DNA from: Rhizodiscina lignyota | Lineage: Eukaryota | Length of the DNA: 64,000 nucleotides | Direction: 5' to 3' | Assembly: GCA_010015805.1 (NCBI GenBank) | Contig: ML978122.1 | Location: forward strand, 2,576,453 to 2,640,452 | Shown here: one piece after another, positions 26,445 through 37,955 of the stretch | Layout: each line of letters opens with the position of its first letter | How positions within the stretch are numbered: position 1 is the stretch's first letter | The notes under the pieces: generated by a model | Database searches by the model: none | Told to the model about the DNA's origin: nothing | Seen by the model: the letters and a program-made list of their open reading frames with translations, nothing else | Translations under genes and position numbers: made by a program

Positions 26445-28166
26445 ATGGGTGCTTTGGGGCTCGCTAGCACATTGTTACAACTCATATTGGCGCTGCTCGC
26501 GGCGAGTTTAAGCTTGACTGCCTATCGATTGTTTTTCCATCCTCTCGCAAGATTTCCCGGACCGAAGCTCGCCGCTGCAACTGGCGTTCACGAGTTCTAC
26601 TTCAGCGTGATACTCGGCGGTCAACTACCGTTTCGGTTGCAGCGCCTGCACTCTGTGTACGGTTAGTCAAAACATTTCATACTAGCAAGCATTCCGATCC
26701 ACCTCTTAAATAGCGCTCTCTTAGGCTCTCTCACAGAGACAACGGAAGACAGCTGATTCACTGCAAGGCCCCATTGTCCGAATCGGACCAAACGAGCTGC
26801 ATATAAGCCATCCCGAGGCGTATGAAGAGATCTACCGGGCCGGCTCGAAGCTCTCAAAGTGGCCATGGTACTACTCGTGCTTTGGTGTTGGCCTGTCGGC
26901 GTTTGGCTCACTGAGCAACGCCGAGCATTCGCAGCGCAGGGCAGCAACGGCTGTCTTCTTCTCCCGCCAGTCCATCTTCTCCTACGAGGGGATTCTCCGA
27001 CAGCCTGTTGAGACGCTGTGCAAGAAATTGAAGAGTGCGAGGGACCGAGGTGATCCGGTTGATCTGGACCGCGCGTTTCGGAACGTCTCGCTCGATGCCA
27101 TTTCGCAGATCTCGTTTGGGCGGTCGTTCGATTTCGTCGAGAGGGACGACGCGGCTGCGTTCTTTCACGAGGGCGTGGGAGACAGCCTCAAGACCATTTG
27201 CACTGTCAGGTTCTTCCCGCCGCTAGTGCCATTTTTCAACAACATGCCTCTGTGGCTGATGAAGTTGATGGGAGAGAAGTTGGCCGCGGTGATGCTGATG
27301 AAGCGGTTTGCAAGAGAGGCTGCGAAGACGGCAATGGAACAGCACTCCTTGTCGCCTGAAGAGGCTTCTAAGAGACACATGATTCTTGGGCATATTGTTG
27401 CGAACAGGCACGATCCGCGTTACGGCGCTGTCACGCAAAGGAGGTTGGAAGAGGAGGCGCTCTCCTTGATCGCGGCCGGAGCTGATACCACTGGAAATGC
27501 GTCGACTATGGCTGTATATCAGCTTCTGAGACATCCAGATCTGTACGAAAGGGTGAAAGACGAAGTTCAGAGCGCACAGACTGGTCCAGGAGGAGAGTTT
27601 GGGCTGATTCAGCTTGAGAAGCTGCCATACCTTGTAAGGAGTTGCAAGAGGTCCGATGGCATGGGTATAGTTTCTGACTGAGCGACCAGACTGCTGTGAT
27701 AAAAGAAGCTTTGAGAATGAGCTACGGGTTAATGGGACGGCTGCCGAGAGTGGTACCTCCATCCGGTATCGAGGTCCTCAACGAGCATATTCCAGGTAGT
27801 GTATGCATTATCTAATGGCCAGTTCGAGGCATTGGGCTGACCTCACAGACAATCGTTTCTATGAGCACCTACCTCCAACACAACAACGAGCAGGTCTTTC
27901 CGCAGCCATCAAGATTCAATCCGGACCGATGGCTCGGAGAGGATGGGTCAAGATTGGATCGATACCTGGTATCCTTTGGCAAAGGCAGACACGCTTGCGT
28001 CGGGATGAATGTCGCCTATGCACAAATCTACCTGGATCTTGGATTGCTGCTGAAGGAATTCGACTTTGCACTGGAACCGATGAGTGACTGGGATATGGAG
28101 TATGAGGATCGCTTCGTTGGACTTCATCACGCTGGAGCGAAGAGGGTGCATGTACGTCTCAAATAG
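26445..28166 (+). CDS. Cytochrome P450 monooxygenase
   Basis: N-terminal TM + [24 protein letters not shown]-helix AGADTT, KEALR (ExxR), PDRW, heme motif [10 protein letters not shown]; three introns, frame intact. Confidence 0.93.
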
Positions 28167-28560
28167 CATATGTAGACATCGAAAGATTACTCCTCTCGGC
28201 TGAATCGTGATGCTGGAGACTGGTGTCGTTAAATCTAATTACCTTTTTAGTGGCCGGTAAATACCGCACATCTGGTCTCACAAAGCTGCTCTCTGACCAC
28301 GAACGGATGTGACATTTTCAAGCAGACAAATGACAAGAGCTGCATCGTAAGCGCGCTACTCAGCTGACATACTTTAGCCGGATAAGTCGATCACAAAATC
28401 CCATGGCGTTCTTGCAGGTATCCACCCTTCTCACCCCCGTGATAGCCGCGGACGCATACGCGCACGCACATGTTAAGAAGCCCTGCCTCACTCGGCATGA
28501 CTTTCTCTCACCATTTCTAGAACATTTTCTTTTCGACCTTTGTACCTTTCCGTCGATCAC

Positions 28561-30010
28561 ATGTCCGGCACTCACAACTTGCGCGAATTGGCGCGCCAAA
28601 TCGCCAAAGACGTCACTGCTGTCGACGACTTCATTGTGTCCAACAAGCTGCCATATCCTTCCTCCACCGCAGACACACCTCTACTCTTTCCCGTTGACCC
28701 GAGCCATGGAGACGTCTACAAAGCTCGGATCGATGCGATCCAGGCGCTCGACTCGCTGCGTGGCCTATTATTGAGTCCGCCGGAGCGCGCAATGCTGCAG
28801 ATGTCCTCTGTGAACAACCGCTTCCTATCTACCACTCCAGCCCAGTTCGTTGCTAATGTTGTAGGCAGTACATGGAGACTGCTGCCCTCCAAGCCCTCCG
28901 CCGGTTCGACGTCTTCAAAGCCGTCCCGATCGATGGCCACGCATCGTACTCCCAGATAGCAGAACAATGCTCAATCCCAGAAGACAGGCTGCGGCGCTTC
29001 CTGCGCTATGCCATGGCATGCGGCTTCTTCGACGAGCGCGACGGCCTAGTGTCTCACTCGGCCAGCTCGGCAGTGTTCCTGCGCATCCCGCTGTGGTACG
29101 ACATGCTGGGAATGGTGACTGAGCTTGCGTTCCCCGCGATGCCGAACGTCGTGAATGCAATGCAGAAGTTCCCTGGCTCGTCTGAGCCGAATGAGACAGG
29201 CTTGAATGTCGCGTTTGGCATGGACAAGACTGCTTTCGAGTGGTTCGCCGAGGACGAGGCGCGGTCGGTGCTGTTTGCGAACGCGATGAAGGCGACGATG
29301 AGCGCCCCGGGGTATAATGCCGAGTTCATCGTGAAAGGGCACGACTGGGCTCGGTATTCGGACGGCCTGATTGTCGATGTAAGGAGACGCGCTCAAGCTT
29401 CCGCGCATTCGTTGACTGATTGAAGTAGGTTGGGGGATCGAATGGGCACGTCTCCGTACAGCTTGCCAAACAGTTTGCGAACCTGAAGTTTGTGGTTCAG
29501 GATTTCCCGAGCGCGTTCAAGGACGCGGCGGAATCCGTTCCCAAGGATCTCAGGGTCAGAGTCGAGTTCATGGCTCATAATTTCTTCGAGACACAGCCGA
29601 TTCGCGGGGCCAGTGTGTACCTGCTGAGATGGATTCTGCACGACTGGTCGGATCCGTACTGCGTCAAGATCCTTCGTGCACTCGTGCCTGCTCTGCGGAA
29701 CGGATCACGCATTCTCATTGCTGACAATACAATGCCGCCGCGTGGTTCTCTGCCGAACCATGAGGAGAAACTGCGTTCGTACGTTCCCGTGTATCATTCT
29801 TCAGGATAGCAGTCGCGCTAACAGTGTTCTAGATTTGCGGATTTGATGATGATGGCTTTTCACAACTCGAAAGAACGAAGTCCGGAGCAATTCTGGGCTC
29901 TGTTTCAAGAGGCAGATCCGCGGTTCAAGCTAGTTGAGTTTCGCCAGCCGGAAGGTAGCTCGCTTGGCTTCATGGAAGTTTTGTTCGAAAACGAATCAGA
30001 AGAGCCGTAG
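28561..30010 (+). CDS. O-methyltransferase (COMT-type, fungal secondary-metabolite OMT)
   Basis: DVGGSNGH across an intron, FVVQD, AHNFFETQP, LRWILHDWSD, NSKER; three introns (the first has a weak GTGAAC donor). Confidence 0.9.
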
Positions 30011-30053
30011 CCGACGTAGCTTGGTTTCGCTGCCTGAATATTGGATTCCAGTG

Positions 30054-30425
30054 CTAGGATGAAGTGCTTGAGATTCGAACGTCCAGTAGGCCCAAACGGA
30101 CCAGCCGAAAAACCACCGCTATAACCCAAGTTTGACAATTCCAAGTACCAGAATTGTTATCAACCCTCATTCTCTGTATTATTCGCCGAACTCGGCGGAC
30201 AAGGTACCATCGGACGTTGCCGACAAATATGGATAATCGATGGAGTCTTGCGCGCGATGGCCGAACCCTCCATCGCTGAGGAGCTACATAGTAGCCCCTT
30301 CCACCAACATTGTCATGCACTTGATGTATGGTACCTCGCCGCGGCGGCGAAACAAAATAAATACCCCAATGGTAGGGGTCTCGGGCGTCCGTTGGATGAT
30401 ATATCGCGATATCAAGGTCGGCCAT
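30054..30425 (-). CDS. Small basic hypothetical protein with HW...NCQxW motif (DUF6540-like, possibly papain-like fold)
   Basis: MADLDIAIY...PYHWGIYF...TIHQV...WNCQTWV; 123 aa, Arg-rich. Confidence 0.6.
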   Translation of the reverse strand: MADLDIAIYHPTDARDPYHWGIYFVSPPRRGTIHQVHDNVGGRGYYVAPQRWRVRPSRARLHRLSIFVGNVRWYLVRRVRRIIQRMRVDNNSGTWNCQTWVIAVVFRLVRLGLLDVRISSTSS

Positions 30426-31216
30426 AGTGGCAGGATTATATGGTATCCGCCTGGTATGCGGCGGAGTGACTTGTTGGCGGCGTCGGGCTGGGCGATGTTG
30501 GCGAGGTGTAGTGTTGATTGAGTTTCTGATACAAGCACGATGAGCCCTTTGAATAAACTTCAAGTACAACCAAACTCCATCTTACGGCATGATGAGAAGC
30601 AGCGACAATAAAAATAAATCAGAAGAACAAGCAGATAATAAGCTATTAGTAACTGTTCGTGCTGCTCTTCGATAAGAATGTTGACTTTTCTAAAAGCGCT
30701 CAAGGAGACGATTCAAAGCCATTCAAACATCGCTAGTCGCATGCTCCTGCCGATAACACACTCTATAACGTAGGGCAACAACTAGAGACCTGCCTATGAT
30801 CTGCTCCTTCTTGCGTTATATACCCATCACCAGCCGAATGGGAGTATCGATCTTTACACGGAAATAGCCAGGCCAATTCGAACACGAGAAAAGTTTCGAC
30901 CATCCGCGTTGAATACATGTGGCCGGGTTCCATTGTTGCCTTGGGATTCTGGGCCAAATGATAGACCAATAGGAATCCTGATTATCTTTGGTCTCTTGTT
31001 TCAAGAGTGAGAGGCTTAGTCGAACGTTGAAGTACGACTGAAGCATTGCTGATTGGTCGACGTGAAGGCCCAACTTCAACAACGTAACCGTTTAAAGTTC
31101 CAATCACTCAACAACTTTCATAGGTATAAAGGAGTGCCTCCTCCACTTTCTGTTCTCTATCTTTTCGAAACCCAGAGACTGCTTTCAAAGGTTCCCAACT
31201 CATATCATCAAGGTCA

Positions 31217-32026
31217 ATGGCGAATCAAATCAATACGATGGCCATCACACAAGATCAATTACACGTCCTCGAGGCGCGCGAGGAGCACACTCATACCATC
31301 ATCCTCTTGCACGGTCGCGACAGTAACGCTTCAGAATTTGCAGCAGAATTCCTTGAAAGCGAAACATCTGATAACAAAACATTGCCCGATCTCTTCCCAA
31401 ACTTCAAATGGGTATTTCCAAAATCAAAAATTCGCAAATCTGAACGATTTCAGGGCGTCGAAATGTCGCAATGGTTTGACATGTGGACAACGGAGAACCC
31501 AGAGGAGCGAGAAGAGCTCCAGATGGCTGGCCTGGAAGAGAGCGTCCCCTTTATTCTTGAACTAATCCGCCAAGAGACAGAGATCGTTGGATCCAAGCGG
31601 ATCATCCTCGGTGGCATCAGTCAGGGCTGTGCCACGGCGATCCATGCACTCTTCCAAAACTACACCCAACTTGGCGGATTCATCGGCCTCTGCAGCTGGC
31701 TTCCTTTCGCAGAAAGGATTCGGGAAATCGCTGCAACATCTCCCACTATGGACCTGGCCCTTCCTCGTATTCGCAATCTGGTTCCTCCAAGCGGTTCTAT
31801 TGGTGGCGATACCACGTCTAATCCTCTGCAAACACGCGTCTTTCTATCTCATTCCCTTAAAGACCCTGTTATAGACGTTGGCAATGGGCAAAAACTTCGT
31901 GCAACATTGGAGGAGAGCCTTGGCATGGCTGTGGAATGGCGGAGTTACGACAATGAGGAGCATTGGATAACAGAGCCCCAAGGTGTGGACGACATGGTTA
32001 TGTTCATAAGAGACTGTCTGAGATGA
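31217..32026 (+). CDS. Phospholipase/carboxylesterase (acyl-protein thioesterase-like alpha/beta hydrolase)
   Basis: IILLHGRDS, SQWFD, GGISQG nucleophile elbow, FLSHSLKDPVI, EEHWI. Confidence 0.88.
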   Translation: MANQINTMAITQDQLHVLEAREEHTHTIILLHGRDSNASEFAAEFLESETSDNKTLPDLFPNFKWVFPKSKIRKSERFQGVEMSQWFDMWTTENPEEREELQMAGLEESVPFILELIRQETEIVGSKRIILGGISQGCATAIHALFQNYTQLGGFIGLCSWLPFAERIREIAATSPTMDLALPRIRNLVPPSGSIGGDTTSNPLQTRVFLSHSLKDPVIDVGNGQKLRATLEESLGMAVEWRSYDNEEHWITEPQGVDDMVMFIRDCLR

Positions 32027-33051
32027 GCAAATGGAATTGCATGTAAAGTAGTAATTAATATCCAGAGCGACTTTAGCTCGTTCTTACTCCAACAACACCC
32101 ATCGGGGGTAATTTCCTGTCTCGGCCTAGAGTAATAGAGAAAAAAATTGGATCGTGGCTACAACATGGCGAACCATAAAGATACATATCCTTATCGATTA
32201 ATATAGATTATATTCAAGGAATCTGCGTATTTTAGGTAAGTAATGTCTGGTGTATATTCAATGAAGCTTTCACAGATGCTCTCTTTTGTGTTGAAGAACA
32301 AAACTCGTTCTTACTGCGGCCGTTCATTTTATCGGACTTTCCTAATTTCTCGCCTCTTAACGTAGAGCTCGGTGTAAGTGCACTACGAACCTCTACCCCT
32401 CTGCCGATGCCTCTGCAATTTGCGATTCTCGATTTCTACGCCGGGCTATTCTCCATGCCCATGGGTGACAAAAAAATTGCCCCGACTTTCAAGATACCGA
32501 ATAACATTAGTGTGTAGCCTCTATCGATAACGTAGGATACAAGTTTTTGAATAGCTTGCAATTGTTTAATATATTCCAGAGAATATACAACTGAGCTTTC
32601 AGAGATAGTCTTGATTCCTATGAGGTGTAAGAGTTATTCCCTTGAAGATTACATACAGCCCTGTGGTGACTACCCGCGCGCCCGTTTCCAAGCCGGGTAT
32701 TCAGTATCCTTGGTTGAGATTAACCCACCGACAATGCATAAACTTCATGCGGGCACTCCAGATTTATCAAATACAATGCGGCAGGGGCGCTTAAATAGGT
32801 GCTGTGGCCGATGGTGTTTTTCGGTAAGAGTGCATAACTCAAAATCTGGCGCTTTCGTTCCCCGTCGTTTTAATTTGTCTGTCGTGTCTCTACGCTGTCA
32901 AGTCTGCCACTGCTGATAAGGATTTGTGTGCGGATGGTAATGCAATTTACGGAAAGCGCGGGACAATCGATGAAGTGTTACTTTGATTTGGGCTTTTAAG
33001 CGTATTCCCCAACCTCATCGCATCTATCGCCAGGAAAGGGTTCTTCCAAAA

Positions 33052-34005
33052 ATGCTCATTCTCGTAGCCGGGATAACAGGTAACGTGGGCCAGGAAATGG
33101 CCCTCGCTGCCTTCAATGCAGGCCACTCCGTTCGTGGTCTTAGTCGAAATCCGTCCAAACTCCCCGAATCAATATCCTCGAAGTTGGAATCATTTGTGAC
33201 ATCTAAATCTTCTATCGACATCCCTGCGCTTGATGTGGCTTGTTCCGGCGTCGATGCTATCGTCTGCGCGTATAAGCCCGAACCGGAACCTTCTTTGGAC
33301 GGGCAGCTGATGCTGCTCCGAGCTGCTGAGCGATCAGGAGTGAAGCGTTTCCACGCTGCGAGTTGGAATCTGGATTGGTCCGGTCTTCCGCTCGGGGAAC
33401 ACGAGACGTATGATGCCTATATCAGTTTCTTGCATCATGCAAGAGTGAGTTCGCCGATCAAGCCGCTGTATACATTCTGTGGCGTGCTTGCAAAGACGTT
33501 CTTCGCAGTTCCAAAGGCTGGGAAACTAGAAGACAATTCATCATTCTGGCAGAGAATTGAGGACGGAAAAAGGCGGATAAATGTCCTTGGGACAGGAGAT
33601 GAGATGTATGATTTCACACCCGAGGAGGATGCAGCGGCATTCACGATAGCGCTGATAACGAGTGAGAAGGCGGAAAATGGTGGAGTTTATTATTACTGCA
33701 GCGACTCATTTACGCTGAAGCAATGGAAAGAAACATATGAGCGGATAACGGGTCGAGAAGTCGAGTGGAATGTTACGGGACTGACTGGGGAAATGGCGGA
33801 CGGATTGGTGCAGAAGATGAGAAGCGAAGCCCTGGCGAATGACCAGGTTCGCGAGAAACTCAGTGAATACATTGGACTGGTGTACGTGAAGTACCTCTTA
33901 AATGGTGGAATGGGTCAGAAGAGATCAGATCGTGATATGTTTCCGCAAGTTGCTGCCCATAGGAAGACGTTGGAGGAATACATCAAGAAAAATCCAGAAT
34001 TCTAG
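33052..34005 (+). CDS. NmrA-like NAD(P)-binding Rossmann protein
   Basis: MLILVAGITGNVG, GVDAIVCAY, QLMLLRAAERSGVKRF, DFTPEEDAAAF. Confidence 0.82.
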   Translation: MLILVAGITGNVGQEMALAAFNAGHSVRGLSRNPSKLPESISSKLESFVTSKSSIDIPALDVACSGVDAIVCAYKPEPEPSLDGQLMLLRAAERSGVKRFHAASWNLDWSGLPLGEHETYDAYISFLHHARVSSPIKPLYTFCGVLAKTFFAVPKAGKLEDNSSFWQRIEDGKRRINVLGTGDEMYDFTPEEDAAAFTIALITSEKAENGGVYYYCSDSFTLKQWKETYERITGREVEWNVTGLTGEMADGLVQKMRSEALANDQVREKLSEYIGLVYVKYLLNGGMGQKRSDRDMFPQVAAHRKTLEEYIKKNPEF

Positions 34006-34045
34006 TCGGGTACAGCTCATTTTGTAGATAGGAATATCTAGGGTA

Positions 34046-35117
34046 TCATGCTTGGGATGGCCCCTGTCCTTCCTTGAGAGGTAGGAAAATGTTCGTCCAG
34101 AGCTCATTCTGTTCGCCGAGAAAGTATGTAAGACTAACGTCCGCCATGCCTTTCCCTTCTGGCATCCCTTCCAACTGGCTGATGATATTCTCGAGCGAGA
34201 ACGCTTTGCCTACGGACTGAGTGGTACCAGCTTCTAGCATTGCATGAACAATGTGAATGTGCATATGATAGTATGTTGGTTGGTCTGGAAGATTTAGTTG
34301 CAAGAGTATCTGTTGAAAGGGTCCACTGACAGTGCAAATAGAGCTTCAACTCATCCCACTCTATACTGGGATACAACTTTGTGGCAGCATCGAGAAGCTT
34401 CTGTCGCATATGCTTCAACCAGATGATATGATTCCTCGTCAGGTCTCTGAGCGACCACAGGTCTCGTCTCTCCACCAGCGCGAGGAGGTGCAAGCTTGTC
34501 AGAGTTTTGCGATCCCAATTCAGATCAGGCAAAACTAGAAACCCTTCCTCACCATGTTCCCGGTACATGACATCCTCTTGCTCTGTGCGACCTTCGATGA
34601 TATTGAAGACCCAGTTCAGTCTGCCTTCCTCGCGGTTTCTTTGCATGTACGGGCGAACATGTTTCGCAAAGGTCTCGGCGGTCTCAGTGACCATCCTGAC
34701 ACGCTGAGTGGTGTATTTCTTAACATGCTTCTCCGTGCAAGGGTATATGAGGTTCAACTTCAAGTCTGGTGGCTGTTGAGCGGCAGATGCGCCATTTGAC
34801 ACGCCAGAAGACGCCAGGAACCAGCTGTAGATGTCATTCGCACCCAGATTCTTGATGTGCTCGAGTGAGGCGGCGAAGGTAGACAAGTGATCGTCATCAC
34901 TAGCGAAAGCTGCGCGTTCGGCAAGCAGTATCGCGGGCTTCGAGTCTATAGAGCCGAGGAGGACGATTCGACGGCCAGCCTGGTCTAAGAAAAACTGCTC
35001 AATAAGCTGTGTGCCTCGTCAGACAGGGAAGGGAGATGCACCTTGTGTGAGAAGTCTCTCTAGCTGAAACTGAGGAATCAAAGCCTCTGCTGCTCGGCCA
35101 GCCTCATCATCACCCAT
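34046..35117 (-). CDS. dcs1: Scavenger mRNA decapping enzyme DcpS (m7GpppX diphosphatase)
   Basis: KLNLIYPCTEKHVKKY, WVFNII, LPDLNWD, SLRDL, QPTYYHMHIH HIT motif; two introns. Confidence 0.92.
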
Positions 35118-35787
35118 CTCGACGCGTCCAATGGATTATGGAAAGAAGTCGTCATGCTAACACGGAACGCGCATAATGTTCAAATAAGAGGCCTGAAAAG
35201 GCGCGCCAAGCCGAACCCTCTCTCCCTGGGTTCGGCATCGCGCAGGACATTGTGCAAAAATGGTGAAAATAAACCATAATATCGCGATTCGATTTACAAC
35301 AGGGGAATTTGACTCACGAACACGGCCTCGAAGTCTCGAATAGGTCTAAGAAGTTCCTGGCGATGTTGAATGGACAACCACCCTCCGTCTCCCACCTGCA
35401 CTGATGGTCAAGCGTGGACATTATAAATGCCCTCCGCACGCCACGACTCTCTCTTATTGCTTTCCACTGCTTTTATAAATTTTCTTGTAGCTATGATTTT
35501 CCATTTCGATACTAATTTATACCTCAATCTTGACGTCCTGAGCAGCCGGTAAACCTATCTCTGTCCGTTTACGGCACACTAAGAGTGGTCCGGGAATAGG
35601 ATAGAATCGGTCTGCCGTCTTACGCGATGCAGATTGAAGATATCTCAACGCTTCTCAGCACAGTGCCGAATGGTGTATTTCGTTAACATCGTTCATCTTT
35701 TCCATTGAGCGCTTTCTGGTAACCTCGACATTTACTGGAGCCATTCAATGTAATTTTGCAGCTAAGTTGGTCGAAAGGCGAGCGGCA

Positions 35788-37512
35788 ATGTCTCGGACCA
35801 CGACAGTAGCAAAATATCTTTTCACTCGCCTTCATCAGCGCGGAATCCGATCTGTATATGGTGTACCCGGAGATTTCACACTCAAGTCCCTCGATCACCT
35901 CAAAGCATCTGGGTTGAAATGGATTGGCAACTGCAATGAGCTCAACGCTGGCTATGCCGCCGACGGGTACTCTCGGATGCGAGGACTGTCGGCCCTTCTT
36001 ACAACATATGGTGTGGGCGAGCTTTCTGCAATCAATGCCGTCGCTGGCAGCTATGCGGAGGATGTGCCAGTGGTACATATAGTCGGAACACCGCAGTGGC
36101 ATGTTCAGCAATCTGGCGCCAAGGTACATCATACTCTCGGAGATGGACGCTCCAGGGTCTTTGCAGAGGTCCACAAGGAGTTTACAGTCGCTCAAGCGAA
36201 CTTGTTGGACCCAGTGAAGGCGCCTGAGATGATTGATGATGTAATTGAAAAATGCATGATCCATTCTAAGCCTGGCTATATCGAGATGCCTTGCGACATG
36301 GTTCCAAAGGAAGTGTCTACTGAAAGACTGGAGACATATGTGCTCAAAGACAGAGTTGAAGGCACAATCCAAAGCGAGGAAGAGCAAGTTGAGGTCCTTT
36401 TGAAGAGACTATACTCAGCCAGGCAGCCGCTGCTGCTTGTAGATCGGGGAGACGGCGTTCAGCACTCCATAAAATCCAAGATCAACGAATTTGTCTGCAT
36501 GACTGGCATACCAACGCTCACGCTGCCATCTGGCGCTGGTATGATCGACCACACAATACCAAATTACTTCGGAGTAAATGCCGGACCCGTTGGTCAGATT
36601 GACACGCTACCATACGTCGAATCGTCCGACTTTGTCATCGCATTTGGGCCTTTGAATTCAGATACGCAGACGCTTGGCTGGAAAGTGGTCCCCGATCCAG
36701 CAAAGACAGTGACAATTGGCGGCACATTCATTACACACGGTGCACCAGCTCAAACTATTGGGATCAACGCTGAGGCACTCATGAAAAAGCTGCTCGAGAA
36801 GGTAGACCGCAACCAAATAAATGCTGCAGACACCACTTCCCTCGGAAACTTCAGGACGATCACTACGCCTCCGCTAAAACCTAATGAACTGGATAACCCA
36901 ATCGACCAAACGACATTCTACCTTCGCCTGAATCAATATCTTCGCCCGAACGACGTCGTCCTACTTAGCAACGGTACTCCCATTCTCGGTGGCCGGGACT
37001 TTGTCTTACCCTCCGGAGCCCAGGTCATCGCTTCCGGTATGTGGTTTTCGATCGGCCACATGCTCCCTGCTGCACTCGGTGCAGCCACAGCGCAGCAAGA
37101 AGCCGATCCAAACTCACGGACGATCCTGATCGATGGCGACGGAAACGTGCAGGTCTCAATACAAGAGATTTCGACCATCATTCGGCAACGGCTCAACATG
37201 ACTATATTTATTGTCGACAACGGCGGCTATGCGTACGAACGGCAAATCCACGGCATGAATGAAGAGTACAATGACCTTGCTCCGTGGCGGTATCTGGATG
37301 CGGCAAACTTTTTCGGAGCGGGTATGCCTGGTAACGAGGGTTATCCTGTCGACACCTTTCGAATATCCACGTGGAGCGATCTTGAGACGTTCCTTGCTGA
37401 AGAGAGATTCAATGATGGTAAAGGTCTGAAGCTAGTTGAGGTCGTGGTAGGAAAATACGACGTGCCGGAAAAGTTCAAGCAGGTCTTCAGAGCTGCTGGG
37501 GAGCGCCTGTGA
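35788..37512 (+). CDS. Thiamine-diphosphate 2-keto acid decarboxylase (pyruvate decarboxylase family)
   Basis: GVPGDF, NELNAGYAADGYSR, TTYGVGELSAINAVAG, HHTLG, GDG...DNGGYAYER; intronless. Confidence 0.9.
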   Translation: MSRTTTVAKYLFTRLHQRGIRSVYGVPGDFTLKSLDHLKASGLKWIGNCNELNAGYAADGYSRMRGLSALLTTYGVGELSAINAVAGSYAEDVPVVHIVGTPQWHVQQSGAKVHHTLGDGRSRVFAEVHKEFTVAQANLLDPVKAPEMIDDVIEKCMIHSKPGYIEMPCDMVPKEVSTERLETYVLKDRVEGTIQSEEEQVEVLLKRLYSARQPLLLVDRGDGVQHSIKSKINEFVCMTGIPTLTLPSGAGMIDHTIPNYFGVNAGPVGQIDTLPYVESSDFVIAFGPLNSDTQTLGWKVVPDPAKTVTIGGTFITHGAPAQTIGINAEALMKKLLEKVDRNQINAADTTSLGNFRTITTPPLKPNELDNPIDQTTFYLRLNQYLRPNDVVLLSNGTPILGGRDFVLPSGAQVIASGMWFSIGHMLPAALGAATAQQEADPNSRTILIDGDGNVQVSIQEISTIIRQRLNMTIFIVDNGGYAYERQIHGMNEEYNDLAPWRYLDAANFFGAGMPGNEGYPVDTFRISTWSDLETFLAEERFNDGKGLKLVEVVVGKYDVPEKFKQVFRAAGERL

Positions 37513-37955
37513 TATTCAGATGGATTACTATAACCCGCCACCAAGCGCAGCTGGTCGTTTGTGAAATGCGCACATGAACAGTAGAGACAGCGCAGCAAAC
37601 GCATTTTCAATCGATCATCTTGTAAACGTAATCAACCCGTGATACTAGTCGGACATCGTTTCCTACCATCTCGGTTAGCGCCGAAGAAGCATTAAACAAG
37701 GAGTGATCGAAGATGGTGTAGCCGACTAAGCCGAATTTGATGTCTACTTCGATTCCATTGCGAAGAGCCCTCCTGTCATTATTCGTTCGCATGTTTCCGA
37801 ACGGCGAGTGCGAAAAGACAACATTCACAGAAATTCCATGCGATCCATACGACTATACCGACTGGCATTCTTGAGATTTTCTAAAGAAAACCTAGGGAAT
37901 GTATGCGCAAGGGAACAAGAACTGTATAAAATGCATGTAGTTTCCAAATTCACTG

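Noticed and set aside
35683..36387. 234-aa minus-strand ORF
   Set aside because: Antisense to the decarboxylase, no recognisable motifs
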